Source: Lama glama
Lineage: Eukaryota
Assembly (NCBI GenBank): GCA_028534125.1
Contig: CM052817.1
Span: 69,690,001-69,754,000, forward strand
Length of the DNA stretch: 64,000 bases
Direction: 5' to 3'
Every line of letters starts with the position of its first letter. Within the stretch, counting starts at the first letter, position 1. The notes beneath the pieces were generated by a model that searched no databases, was not told the DNA's origin, and saw only the letters and a list, made by a program, of their open reading frames with translations. This document shows, in pieces, positions 52,200 through 64,000 of this stretch. A program made the translations under genes and the position numbers.

Positions 52200-52660
52200 C
52201 TACCTACAGGCTCTGTGACATCTCTGTGCCTCAGTTTCTACATCTATAAAATGGTGCTACTATTTATAATAAAGAGGATAACTGTAAGATCTGACACACA
52301 ATACTTAATAAGAGCTAACACAGACACAACACATACTATAGGCCAGACATAGTTCTAAGTATTTTTCATATATTAACTCCTTTAATCATTACAATATCTC
52401 TGTGAGGATATCACTCCCATTTTATAGATGAGTAAACCAAGGCACAGAGAATTTAAGTGACTAGCCAAAGGTTACATGGTTAGTAAATAGTGGAGCCCAC
52501 GTTCCAGTAGAGGCAGTCAGTTCCAGAGTCCTCACTTGAAACCATTGTCTCTCTGATACCCACCTCAAAAATGTAACAGAAATTAGTAAGTTAATTTAGG
52601 GAAAACATTTCAAATAGTACCTAGCACACAGTAAACTCTCCTTCGGGGTTTAACTATTAT
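52200..52660. mobile_element. MIR fragments (nested)
   Basis: TCTCTGTGCCTCAGTTTCTACATCTATAAAATGG and CCCATTTTATAGATGAGTAAACCAAGGCACAGAGA cores. Confidence 0.7.
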
Positions 52661-53230
52661 CACCCCTACTCCAGCCCTCAACCTACTTCCCAATTTCCCC
52701 TGCATTTCACAACCTTTCTCCTCATTTCCCAGTATTAAAACCTCAGGATCATTATTAACACATCTCCCTCTTTCATCCCCTAACTCAAGTCAGGTCCTTC
52801 TTACTTTTCCTTGAATGCTTGTAATGCATCTATTACACTGTTTCCAGCATCATCTTAACCCCATACTTCACACCCTCACACTAGATGAATTAATAACAGT
52901 AACAACAAGAAAAACTCATGTATCAAGCAAGCGTCAAATCTATTAATACATTTAAACCTCTCTATAACTCTATCTGTTCTGTATGTATATTTATGACTGA
53001 AACATTATGCTGTACACCAGAAATTGACTAAAGAATGCAAAAAAAAACCCATTTTTTAACCTAAAAAAAAATCTCCCAGAGTATATAAAGTCTCAACTCA
53101 GCAGCCAAACATTAACAACTGCATAACCTAGCCCCATCCTGTTTATTCAATCTTATCTCCAACCAACAAAAACTTCCCTAGAGTGGTTAAATAGATCTTC
53201 TCATTACTCCTGGAGTAAATTATTATTATT

Positions 53231-53262
<32 letters not shown>

Positions 53263-54902
53263 TTTATTCCTAGGCCTTATTCATACAGCTCCCCTCTGCC
53301 TCAGAAATCTGAGCACATTTTTCGTCCTAAAACCCTCCCCAAAACATACAGGCTAAATTAATCTCTCCTCTAAACTGTGATAAAACAAATGTTGTACACA
53401 ACTCACTGGGGTCTGTAATGATATATTCATCACCTAGCAAATGCCCATTACAACCCCAACCAGGCCATGAGCAACTGGAAGGCAAGCACTGAGCCCCTCA
53501 TTTCTCATATTCTCCATGAGTAGCACATGCCCCTACAAAGAACATGCACTTATTTGGCAAATGAGTTACAGACAGTGTAAATGAAATAATCTGTAAGTAC
53601 TCTAATTTAGCCAACCTTATTTCTCTAACCAGGAAATACCTCAAGGTAACAGGAACAGTATCAGTAGTTCCCTGGCAGAGGTGTCATTGAACTTTCCAGT
53701 TCATTATCTTCCTTACCCTTCAAAACAATCCAGTGAAGTACACACTATTATACCTTTCAGTCAACTGAGGTCTAAAGAAGTAGACTGTTTTTCCTCAAGA
53801 TCACACAGCTACTAATTGGCAAAACTGGAACCAGAGATCAGGCCAGTAGTCCAGTGCTCTTTCCAATGTACTAATTCAACTTTTATCTCCTCTCTCTTAT
53901 CATCTAAGGAAGAGTTAAATAACTAAGAGGAGAAAGGAACGGGTGAGAATCCTTGGTAACAACAAATACGGTAAATTAATGACTTGAAATGAACATTTGC
54001 CTGTAATGACTTCTTTATTTTTCTTTGACTCACCAAGGGGACTGATGATTTGCAAGTCTACATTTAAACCTCATGATCTTGTACTGTGAAATAAAATTTT
54101 CCATTCAAATGTAAAACCACTGCCTTCTGGACTCCAAAGCTGAACAACACCTCCTCCACTCCGCCCCTCTCTGAACTTACAAAATCTTACCTTAAGGCTG
54201 TTTCTTACCAAAGAATAATTAAGGAAGGAAGCAACCTTCTGAGGACACAACACTTAACCATCAAAGCCAACTGGCAGTCCTTGCTAAACGTTATAAAACA
54301 TTAGTTTTCCCACACTTCAGTCTCCATGTTATTTGTTAGATATTCCAATTTAACACCGAGTCACAAAGAACCTCAGTTCAGGGCAGTCTCAACTCATGAA
54401 TGGCCACATTGTTGGGTACTCTCCCTTCATGCTGAAACTCAGAAATGAAAAGGCATGGGGATGGACCCAAACCTGGGCTAACAGCACTGGCAGAGCCAAG
54501 AAAAGCCAGTTACGCACCAAAGGTGCCTGTCTCTGCCTCCTCTGCAGATCTTCAGGCCACTCCAGGGGATGCTGGCAGCTCCCCCTCGGCGGTGCAGGTT
54601 TCAGCAGCTGCCAGCTCACTCCCGAAAGATCCTCCCCGAGGTCTCATCCAGGCGAGGAGCTGGAGAAGGCGGCGTTCTTCCCACAGACCGTGGATCGGAC
54701 CACACCCAGCCCGAGACCCCCGCCCCCGCCAGGCCACTCCGTGAGGCACCACCCACCGCCCCAGCTGGAAGGCGCCCGGCCTCGGGTACCACCCCCGGCT
54801 CTCCAGGGAGGATGCGGAGGAGGCGGGAAGGAGGCAGCGGCTCTGAAACGAGCCGCAGCCGAAGCCTCCCAGAGCCTCCTCCGCACCTCTGCTCCGACTC
54901 AC

Positions 54903-54962
54903 CCAGTTCTGCGCGTTATTGCTCAGCTTGACTTTCTTGCACAGGCTACCGGGGACCTCCAT
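54903..54962 (-). CDS. PAPSS1: PAPSS1 coding exon 1 (MEVPGSLCKKVKLSNNAQNW), includes the KKxK nuclear-localisation motif
   Basis: Translation matches the PAPSS1 N-terminus. Strong Kozak context GTAGCCATGG. Donor GTGAGT follows the W codon. 60 nt, phase 0. Confidence 0.97.
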
Positions 54963-55341
54963 GGCTACAAAGCGGGCGCGGGTGCCGGGATTCTCAGCAC
55001 CGGGAGGTAGCCGGAGGAGGGGAGGCCGGCGGGGGCGGGGCAGGAAGGCGGGGCGTCCTCTCGACTGGGCGGGCGCGCGCTGTCGTACGCACGCGCTCGT
55101 ACTCGTGGCCCAGACTGCACGGCGCGTCGGCCGCGCCTCCGAAATGGGTCCGGGGCAGAGGTATGTAGGGTGGGGCGAAGCAATGGAAGAGAGCCAGAGG
55201 CAGGAGTTGGGGGCGGGGCTTCAGAGCGCGCACCGACGCGAGCGCGCGCGACGCTCCTCCCCCTTGATTCTGAGGAAGGGGTGGGGTCTGAGGAGGTAGT
55301 CGTGGAACTTCCCGGGGCCCTCCCAGGCGCGCCGTCTGGCG

Positions 55342-55355
55342 CTGCGCATGCGCAG
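55342..55355. promoter_or_regulatory. NRF1 binding motif (perfect palindrome CTGCGCATGCGCAG)
   Basis: Exact TGCGCATGCGCA consensus ~380 bp upstream of the ATG, inside the CpG island. Confidence 0.7.
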
Positions 55356-56629
55356 GGGCTGGAACCGCGCCCCTGTCCTCCGTCAGGAAAGGCGAGGAAG
55401 ACCCCCGGCTTCCAGCTCTTCGTGCGTCTGTCGCTGCTGCTGGAGTGCTGGATGGGAGAAGGCGTTGACGTGGTCGCCCGCCCCTCTGGGTTTCCCTCTG
55501 TAAGCCCGGCCACCAGTCTCCTGTCCTCCAAATCTGTGCCCAGGTCGGCCTGGCCATATTTTAAAAGGAATTTTCCAGCCTCGCAAAGGAAAGAATCAAT
55601 TTACTGAACAGCTCGTTCTCCACCCGCTCTACTTTACTTTAAAATTCTGCTCAACGCAGTTTTTGTTTTGTTTTGTTTTTAAGTCAATACCCCATCCCTC
55701 GACATCAGTAATTAGTATCCTATGGTGTTAGTGGTTATCTGCCGCGTGCCTCCTTCCCCACTTGGAGACCTCTCTTCAGATTTCTGTCAGGTACTTCTCA
55801 CCGGCTAGGCCAAAAAGAGGCCTCTTTTTATTAGGTTCTCAGGAAATCCTTAGGAGAATGAAATCCAGGTTGAGGGAGGGTCCCTAGCTACCCATCTGTG
55901 GAGGACATTTTCAAATTTACCTAGCTATTCCAGGGCTACTTACCAGGAGGATGGGCTGGGGGTGCAGAGGAGCTTCCCTAGGAGTTATCTCCCCTCCCAT
56001 CCCATTATTCTAAGGGCTTTTCCGTAACTTAATCCTAGCACCAAGGTAAGTTGCGTGAAACTCCTCCTTCATAACTCGATCCCTCCCCCTACACACATAC
56101 ACCCCAGTCACTAAGACTTGACGTTGCTGCCTCTTTGGTGGAGGACAGGGGTGAGGAAAAGTGCCCATCAAACTGAGAAGTTATCTTGAGACTGAGAAAA
56201 TGAGGCAGGAAGCTCCACATCATCAATGGATCAGTTTATAATACAGTAACTTACAGGATGTGATGGGGAGGACAATGATCCAGAAACCTTCACAGCCGCA
56301 CTCCACACGGCTGAGGGGCTATTGGAATAATTTTATAGTTAACCTAGGGTATGGGAGTGGTGTTTGGGAGCAGGAAGTGCATTCCTAAGTCAAGATTTGT
56401 GGATGGGTAACTAGTCTCCTGGGCACTGGGAATATGTCAGTGAAGGTCTTCAGCATTACTTGGGGACTAAGAAAGCAGAGAGTCCACCAGGTCCTAATGA
56501 TTATTAAACAGTATCTGTTAACTACAAAGCCCTTGACGAGTTAGAAGTGATTTATCATGCAATACAGCTGGGTAGGGTCAGGGGCAGGACAAGAGGAGTT
56601 GTATGGGCCCAAGACAGCCATACATTCTT

Positions 56630-56748
56630 TCTTGTCTTTTTTATTGAAGTATAGTTGATTTACAATGTTGTGTTAGTTTCTGGTGTACAGCATATTGATT
56701 CAGTTATAAATATATGTATGTATTCTTAATCATTATAAGGTATTAAAA
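56630..56748 (-). mobile_element. Short L1 3' tail
   Basis: TTTTATTGAAGTATAGTTGATTTACAATGTTGTGTTAGTTTCTGGTGTACAGC. TSD AGCCA(T/C)ACATTCTT at 56616-56629 and 56749-56762. Confidence 0.8.
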
Positions 56749-57249
56749 AGCCACACATTCTTAATAGCTAGTAAATCAGTCCCTGTTTATTTACCCCACT
56801 GCTACTGTCTTAGTATTAGGCCTTCCCCATATCCAGGATGAACCACAATTAATCCCCTTAACTGGGCATCCTCCTACCGGTGCACCTGTTGCCCACACAT
56901 TCTTAATATTGCTGTCAGAGTGATTATACCTAAATTGGAAATTCAATCTTGTTACTTGACCTCTTAAACTGTCAGTGGTTCCTTGTAGCTTTTTCTGTGG
57001 GGATTATTCATTTACAGTCTGTATTATAGAGCTGAATTTCAATATAATGCTGAACTCTGCTAATAGCAGGGATGAGCTTGGAAGAGGATCCCAAGCTTCA
57101 AATGAAAACACAGAACTACATTTGGAATCAGCCATCTCTCCGAGGAGTCCTAGGGCTTCTGGATTTTAGAAGGAAATGGTATTTAGATATCACAGTCTGG
57201 GCTTCTAGGAGTGTTCAGTGCTTCTGAGTTAGTCCATATTTCTGGGCTT

Positions 57250-59400
57250 CTTCAGTGAAGAAGGTAAAATACAACAGAAGTTTACATTGATACTATCAAT
57301 TCAAATTTATGATTTCAGACACCATTCATACAAATGAACGTGAAACATCTTGTCAAACCCAAAACAAGGAATTATCAAAACCTACTAGGATTATGTCAAA
57401 AGGACTCAAAAGTCAACTTGAAGAGTTTTCCCCTATCAAAATGACACAATTAGAGCACTAAAGGGACAATAACTATAAGATGTTGAAACAAATCAAATAC
57501 GTTTAAATCTAGATGTTTATAAAATGGTAATTATTGACACAACATTGTAAAATGATTATAAATCAATAAAAAATGTTAAAAAATAAAATAAAATAAAATG
57601 GTAATTAAAAAAGAACTCCTTGTCACCCTTGGAGGATGCTAATAAACCAACTCATTATTTTGAAAACTGATAAATAAAAGGAAAGAATTAAGCATTTACT
57701 CTGCCTTCCACATACTAACTCTAAGTCAAGTAATGAAAAAGTTGATAAGGGAAGTTCCTCTTTGTAGACATACAGCTAATAAATTAAGAAGGAAAGGCAG
57801 ATTTATAATATCACCGTTTTACACCTTTTAATGAAATAATGGATATAGACAATGGTCCTCAATGGCTGCCAAATCATGAAAATAAAGAACATTAGACCTT
57901 GTTGCCTCCTTATTAAGTATTAATGCCCCCAAAATCAAACCTGATTCTAATCAAGTCTTCAGGTCAAATGATCAATTAATAGTTAATGCAGAGAAAAGAG
58001 GAAGATGTAAACTCACCATAAATGCAATCACTCAGATCCAAACTGTGGAAAACTCTACATTATAAATGACCCTGATTCTTCAATAATTCAATTATAGGAA
58101 AAAAATGAATGGGGAAAAATTAAAGATTAAAAGAAAACTTACGAGAAATGTCAAGCAATTGAAATACATGAACTTATTTGAACACTGATTCAAACAAAAA
58201 AAATCTTTTTAAATAGGGGAAATTTGAAGAGTCCCTAGACTCTTGATATTAAAGACTTAACTTTTCAGTGTTACAATAGCACTGTTATTATATTTTTAAA
58301 GGAGCAATTTTAGAGATACATATTGAACTATTTATCAATGAAATGGCAAAGCCATAAGTACTTGGGAAACAAAACTGGGCTCTTGGAATTTAGAAACAAG
58401 ATAGCAGGAGTGAAAGAAAAGGTGAAGATATCTTTCAGAAGGCAAAGCAAAAATCCCAAAAGATGAGAAAAAGAGGAGATTTTTTTAAAGAAAGAATAGT
58501 ACAGGAAATTTAACATCCAAATATTAGTAGTTCCAGAAAGAGAAATGCACAGGAGGAAATAACCAAGGAAAATTTTCAACAAAATTTCTTATAACCGAAG
58601 GACGTGAGACTTTTCTGAGTGTCCAGTTCAGCAGATAAAAATCAGATACACAAAGCACAGCACTATGAAATTTCCAAACACTGTTCCTCAGTGCTCTGAA
58701 ATTGTTTGGAAATCCTAAAAGCATCCAAGGAGAAGAAGGAGAGTTCATGAGCAAAGAATCAGGAGTAAAAATGAATTGAAGCTATCAAGAAAAACACCAA
58801 GAGCTAGAAGACAAGTGAAACAATACCTTTAGAGCTCTGAAAGAAAAGTATTTCCAACCTAGAATTTAGAATTATCATACACGCACTCTCAATGAAATAT
58901 TGGAGAATATGCTCCACCTAAATGGAAAGAAAAACATGACATCCGGAGAACAGGAGATAGCTGGAGGGAATTCCCAAATTGATAGTGAAGGGAGATCCCA
59001 GGATGACTGCTGTGTACCAGGTCTAGAGGATAATCATTCAGAATACTCTTCAAGAAGTCAGAAAGCCTTTGGAGAGCCTTATTTAAGAAGATGAAATGAT
59101 GAGAGCACCTGAGGGGAATGACCATACTGAAAATAATTCAGACAACTGACAGTTTGGGATTAAATGAGTGATAACCACTTAGAAAACTAAGTCATCAAAA
59201 AGGATACATTTATTGCACCCTTTCTGTACAAACCATATTTCCAGGTAATCAAACAGTTGATGAGAGAAAAGTTCATACCAATAGAATTTTAGCTAATAAA
59301 TGGAGAAGGAATATTGGCATTTGAAAATCACCATGTTAAACACCTGATGAGGTAATTGATACATGCAATAACAATTACTGGCTGCTGAAAGTATTAGGTG
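57250..59400 (+). mobile_element. Degraded old L1 fragments upstream of the promoter
   Basis: A-rich L1 3'UTR- and ORF1-like motifs (TAGTTCCAGAAAGAGAAA, TTTCCAACCTAGAATTT). Confidence 0.5.
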
Positions 59401-59408
59401 AAACATGG

Positions 59409-59930
59409 TGTTATGGCTAATTTTGTGTCAGCTTAACTGGGCCACAGTGTGCCCAGATATTTGGTTACATATTATTCTGGATGTGTTGGTGAGTGTTTCT
59501 AGATGAGATTAACATTTGAATCAGTAGACTGAGTAAAGTAGATTGCCCTCCATAATGTAGGTGGTCCTCATCCAATCAGTTGAAGGCCTGAGCAGAACAA
59601 AAAGAGCTCCTCCTGCCTTACTTCCCTGAGCTGAGATGTTGGTCTTTTCTTGCCTTCAGAAATGAACTGAAACATTGGCTCTTGGATCTCCAGCTTGCTG
59701 TCTCTCAGATGGGAACATACACCATCAGCTCTCCTGGTTCTCAGGCCTTTGGACTTGGTCTGGAACTGCACCATCAGCTCTCCTGGGTCTCCCACTTGCT
59801 GACTGCAGATCTTGGGACTTCTCAGCATCCATAATCACGTAAGCCAATTCCTTATAATAAATAAATGCTTATCTATCTCTCTATACTATACTACTGGTTC
59901 TGTTTTTTCTGGAGAACCCTGACTAATACA
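59409..59930 (+). mobile_element. MLT2-family (ERVL) LTR
   Basis: TGTTATGGCTAATTTTGTGTCAGCTT...CTCATCCAATCAGTTGAAGGCCTG...CTGGAGAACCCTGACTAATACA. Confidence 0.85.
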
Positions 59931-60069
59931 GATAGAAAAAGGAATTTTATAATGGAGAGATCAGGCTGACACCACCTGCATCCACCTAGCAACATTAACA
60001 CCTCTAAAACTGGGACAGCAAATATCATTTACCTTAAAATGTGATATAACAGGAAATAATCAGCACTAT

Positions 60070-60538
60070 TGTTTTAGTTTGGGTTGTTCAAAAAGCAAGC
60101 ATAGAAAGAAGGATTCAAGTATAAGTCATTTATTCAGGAGATGATCACAGGAAACGCCATTAGTGGTGTGATACAGAAACAAGAAGGAAGTCAATAAAGA
60201 GTGTGCTATCAAGCAGCCATTGTGGGTAACTGGAGCTTAATCCCACTGGGGAACTCTGAGAAACAGTGTTGAACATGTCCTTCAGAGTATATCCCCTGAG
60301 AGAGAGAGCTAGGGTTTTTATACAGCTCCCTTCAGTCATTATCAAGGACTACTCCTAGGGAGTGTGCATCCTCTGGTGCTTTGGGATTGCAATGCACAGA
60401 GGTAGAGAGGATACTAGTACCAAAAAAGGCCCTCACCCAGAGATGGCAATGTATTCACATATGAAAATCAACATGTCTTGCTCCACAACAGTAAGGGCTG
60501 AGGGGATGTATACGGGGCACCAGAAGTGTTTGCTATAA
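60070..60538 (-). mobile_element. LTR16-like (ERVL) LTR
   Basis: TGTTTTAGTTTGGGTT...AAGGATTCAAGT..TTTATT.AGGAGATGAT, resembling the recalled consensus. Confidence 0.5.
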
Positions 60539-60656
60539 CCACTTATGAAGTGTTCTTTTTTTAAAAAACATGTTTCTTTACTCTTTTATATGAGAGTATT
60601 TCTTTTTAAGAAGAGGAAAAACAATAATTTTTCCAAGGAAACCACACATGCCCACT

Positions 60657-60700
60657 AAAAAAAAAAAAAGAAGAAGAAGAAGAAGAAGAAGAAGAAGAGA
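60657..60700. repeat. (A)n-(GAA)n microsatellite
   Basis: Directly visible. Confidence 0.95.
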
Positions 60701-62495
60701 AACTGTCTCCAGAGGCAAAATACCATGCTGGAAGGAAGGCAAATAATAGTTTTACTACATGGCTCAGCTCTCAGTCATACATATTTAGTCATAATAATGT
60801 AAACTATGAATATAAACCTTAACAAGTTGCAGTATGACTAGCTGAAGAGGTTGAGGGGATAAAATGAGTGCATGAGTATGTGTGTGCATGATGGTGACAG
60901 AAGAGGAAAAAGAGATAAATCCTTATTTTCCATAGTGAGAAACCAGTAGATATTGCCTAAAATATACAGACCAAGAAGAGCAATATACCCATTATTTCAA
61001 GACATGGAGGTATATACCAAGTACGTAGTTCCTGCAAAATAAAGTGAAAGGGGAAGATGGGCACAGATGCTAGTTCACTTACACAGGCGATGGAAAGAGA
61101 GGGAATTTCCATTGAAGGCCCTAATTTTCCATGTAAGCATGAAGCAAGACTGTTAATGAGAGAGGACCATACTTTGAGAACCATTGTTCTTAATAATGAA
61201 TTGGCATTCCTAAATATCTATACCTAAGTAATTAATCTTAGGCATCAAGATCCCTCTCGTAATTTAACTGTATATTTCAAATGTCATCAAAACTGAAAAG
61301 AAAAATATTTTAAGCTAAACTGAAGAGCTATGAAAATTAGGAAATCCAAAGCAAAGTGTATTTTAACCCCCTGGGTACACTTAGGTATTCTCAGTAAGAT
61401 GGTAATAGTGAAGTAAATAAGCTTGGTAATATTGTAAGTCATTTATGTTGGTAATATCAGAGCATCATTCTCAGAAGTTCATCTGGGTTGAATGGAATTA
61501 AACAGACGCCACACAAGCCAGAGGTAAATGATCATTAGGATCTCATTTACCCTCCACACTCCCTTGTTAAATCCCCACCAACTGAGAAACTGGTGTGATG
61601 ATTTGGAAGCAGCCAGGTATATTTGGTTTCCATCTCAAAGGAATCACTGCAGTTTCAAAAAAAAAATTCCTTTCTTCCTAATCACTTCAAGTCTCTGGGG
61701 CTTGCCAGAAGATTTCTAAGTCAGTCTGTAGAGAAAATGACTCCTCTAGTCAAGGCAATTCCGTTTTCTCCACATTTTTGTGTGGAGAAGATATATGAAG
61801 ATATGGAAAAGCTTATCTTCTCCACTACGGGGAATTTCACTGAATTCACTGAAACAGGTCTGAAAGAATCTTTGAAGCATCACTTATCAATTTCATCTGA
61901 AGCATTTCCTTGTGGTTAACAATGTCGTCAGTTTTTTCCTCAGGAAAAAAAAAAGCCCCCAAATAGTGAATTTCGTAGGACCAATTACTAAAAATTATTA
62001 TGTTTTAAAATGATGGCTCATTCATAATTAAAAGAAGATCTTCAGAGTGAGTGAAAACAAGTTGCCAGAATTCTAGGTTTTCTACTAATTATATGAACCT
62101 TGGGTAAATCATGTACCTTCGAGGGGTGGGTGGTGGGGTAATTGGATAAATTTATCTCAAAAGATTCTTCCTCTAAAATTATTCTAGGTTCTTAATTTGT
62201 GTGTCATCTATATCTGAAAATAATAATTTAATCAAAACCACAAACTGTCTTCAAGTACCTTACTATATAGAGAGCATTGTGTTAAAAAGTTTTGTATGTT
62301 AAAGTAGCTAAATAAATAAATAAATTTTTTAAATTAAAAAAAATAAAGTAGCTAAAATAGTAAGTAATGGGTGCAACACCAAACACACCATATATTCTTT
62401 TCCCTACATTCTTTAAGTGTAATTATTGAGGTTCATCCATGTTGTTTATCAATAGTTCATTCCATTTTATTGATGATTAGTATTTCATTGTATGT

Positions 62496-63006
62496 TGTTA
62501 TACCTTTGTCAAATTAACATTTGTTAAGGGGAGCATATGGTGCTGGATGGTGACTTGTGGCTCAACTATAGACTACAAGAGAAATTGAAATAGAAAAGCT
62601 TATTACTTATACAGGTCCTGAGCAAAGTAAGTACATAGCACATCTTGAGGGACCACATGGCAGGGTGCAGGCAGAGAAAGAGGCACATGCCTTTATTAGC
62701 GGGGCACATGCTTTGGAGCTAAGGCTGTATTGGTTAATTCAAACCAAAAAGAATGAGGTTTTGTTAAGCTCCATTGGGGGGGTTATCTAAGAGGCCCACC
62801 AGGAAAGGCCTTGGGAGGCAGGGGAGACTTGATCACAAGGCTACTCGGGGAGTTGCTGGTGACCCTGAAAGCTGTTTTCTGGGGCATGTGCTTGCATGAT
62901 GGAGCTAGTGTCAGTTTAAACCCCTCTGTGCCCCCAAGGCCACTTGGCCACACAAGATGACGCTGAGACAGCAGTACCATTAAGTAACTTAACTAAACTC
63001 TCGACA
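62496..63006. mobile_element. LTR inserted into an L1MB-like 3' fragment (L1 at ~62390-62495 and 63008-63530, minus strand)
   Basis: The L1 motif TATTTCATTGTATG|GATATACCATAATTTG is split by a TG...CA segment. ORF 63032..63220 shows L1-like translation. Confidence 0.55.
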
Positions 63007-64000
63007 AATGGATATACCATAATTTGTTTATTCACCTGTTTGGTGGATATTTGGGTAATTTCATTTTGGGGCTATTGCAGATAAAGCTGCCATGATCATC
63101 CACATACAAGTCTTTGTGTAGACAAATACTTTCTTTTCCCCTGGGTAAATACTTAGGAGAGGAATGGCTGAGCCATATGGTAGATAAATGTTTAATTTTT
63201 TGAAAACCTGCCAAAACCATTTTTCAAAGTAGTTGTACAAATTTACATTCCTGCCAGCAGCATATGAGAATTGTAGTTGCTCCACATCCTTGCCAATACT
63301 TGGTATGGATGGTCTTTTAATTTTAGTCATTGCTGTAGTATGCAATGGTATCTCATTGTGGTTTTAATTTGCACTTCCCTAATGACTAGTGATGTTAAAC
63401 ATCTTTTCATGTGCTTGTTTGCTGTTTGTATAGATTCTTTGGTTAAGGGTCTGATCAGATCTTTTGCCTATTTTCTAACTGAATTGTTTGTTCTCTTATT
63501 ACTGAATTTTGAAAATTCTTTATCTAGTACATCTCAAACATTTTACCTTACATCTCTAGGAGTTCGACATGGGTCTTTTTTTTTAATATACCTTCCATGC
63601 CTCCATTTAACATGAGAAGTCTTTCCCCTACATGTTTAAATATATGTAATGTAACTGCTTAATGTCCTTATCTACTAATTTTATTATTTGTATGTACATC
63701 TTTTTGTATTGATTCATTTTTCTCATTATATGACGTATCTTCCCTCTTCCAACCTCTTGTCCTCCTTATTAGACCCCTGATATTGTGAATTTTACCTCAT
63801 TGAATGCTGAATACTTTTGTATTCCTACAAATGTTCTTGAACTTTATTCTGGGTCACAGTTAAGTTACTTGGAAACAGTTTGTTCCTTTCAAGGCTTGTT
63901 TTTAGCATCATCAGGTGATACCCGAGCAACCTTTTGTCCATGGTACCCTACCACTCAGAACACCATTTTGCCCAATGCCAAGGTTTTCTACTCTGGCTAG

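Larger units (their letters stand above)
54580..55520. promoter_or_regulatory. CpG island / GC-rich PAPSS1 promoter
   Basis: Sharp rise in GC and CpG content around exon 1 against an AT-rich, CpG-poor background. GC boxes GGGGCGGG near 55032 and 55210. No obvious TATA box. Confidence 0.9.

Noticed and set aside
54389..55607. Overlapping 70-204 aa ORFs on both strands around exon 1
   Set aside because: Expected stop-codon scarcity in a GC-rich CpG island, with low-complexity R/P/G/A translations. Only the first 20 codons of 54552..54962 are real (exon 1).
55600..64000. A second gene upstream of PAPSS1
   Set aside because: Mostly L1/LTR remnants; no recognisable coding exons.

Overview
Mammalian nuclear DNA, not prokaryotic. 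It is most likely a camelid (camel/alpaca/llama), inferred from four tRNA-Ala-like Vic-1-type SINEs. The window holds the CpG-island promoter and coding exons 1-9 of PAPSS1 (bifunctional APS kinase / ATP sulfurylase) on the minus strand. The ATG is at 54962 and the nine exons give 1237 coding nt. All exon boundaries are GT-AG and the frame stays open. Exons 10 onward lie left of the window. The introns and the ~8.5 kb upstream are mostly old and lineage-specific transposable elements (L1, L2, MIR, MaLR/ERV LTRs, MER DNA transposons). I found no convincing new multi-gene system. The most notable local signals are: a tailless retrocopy of the 5' half of tRNA-Glu(CTC) with a 15-bp target-site duplication; Cys at PAPSS1 codon 333, matching a human Arg333Cys variant as I recall it; an 80-bp dispersed duplication of an L1 junction; and a phase-0 intron at the kinase/sulfurylase domain boundary. 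Repeat family names and human protein comparisons are from memory and need Dfam/BLAST confirmation. Repeat boundaries without TSDs are approximate.
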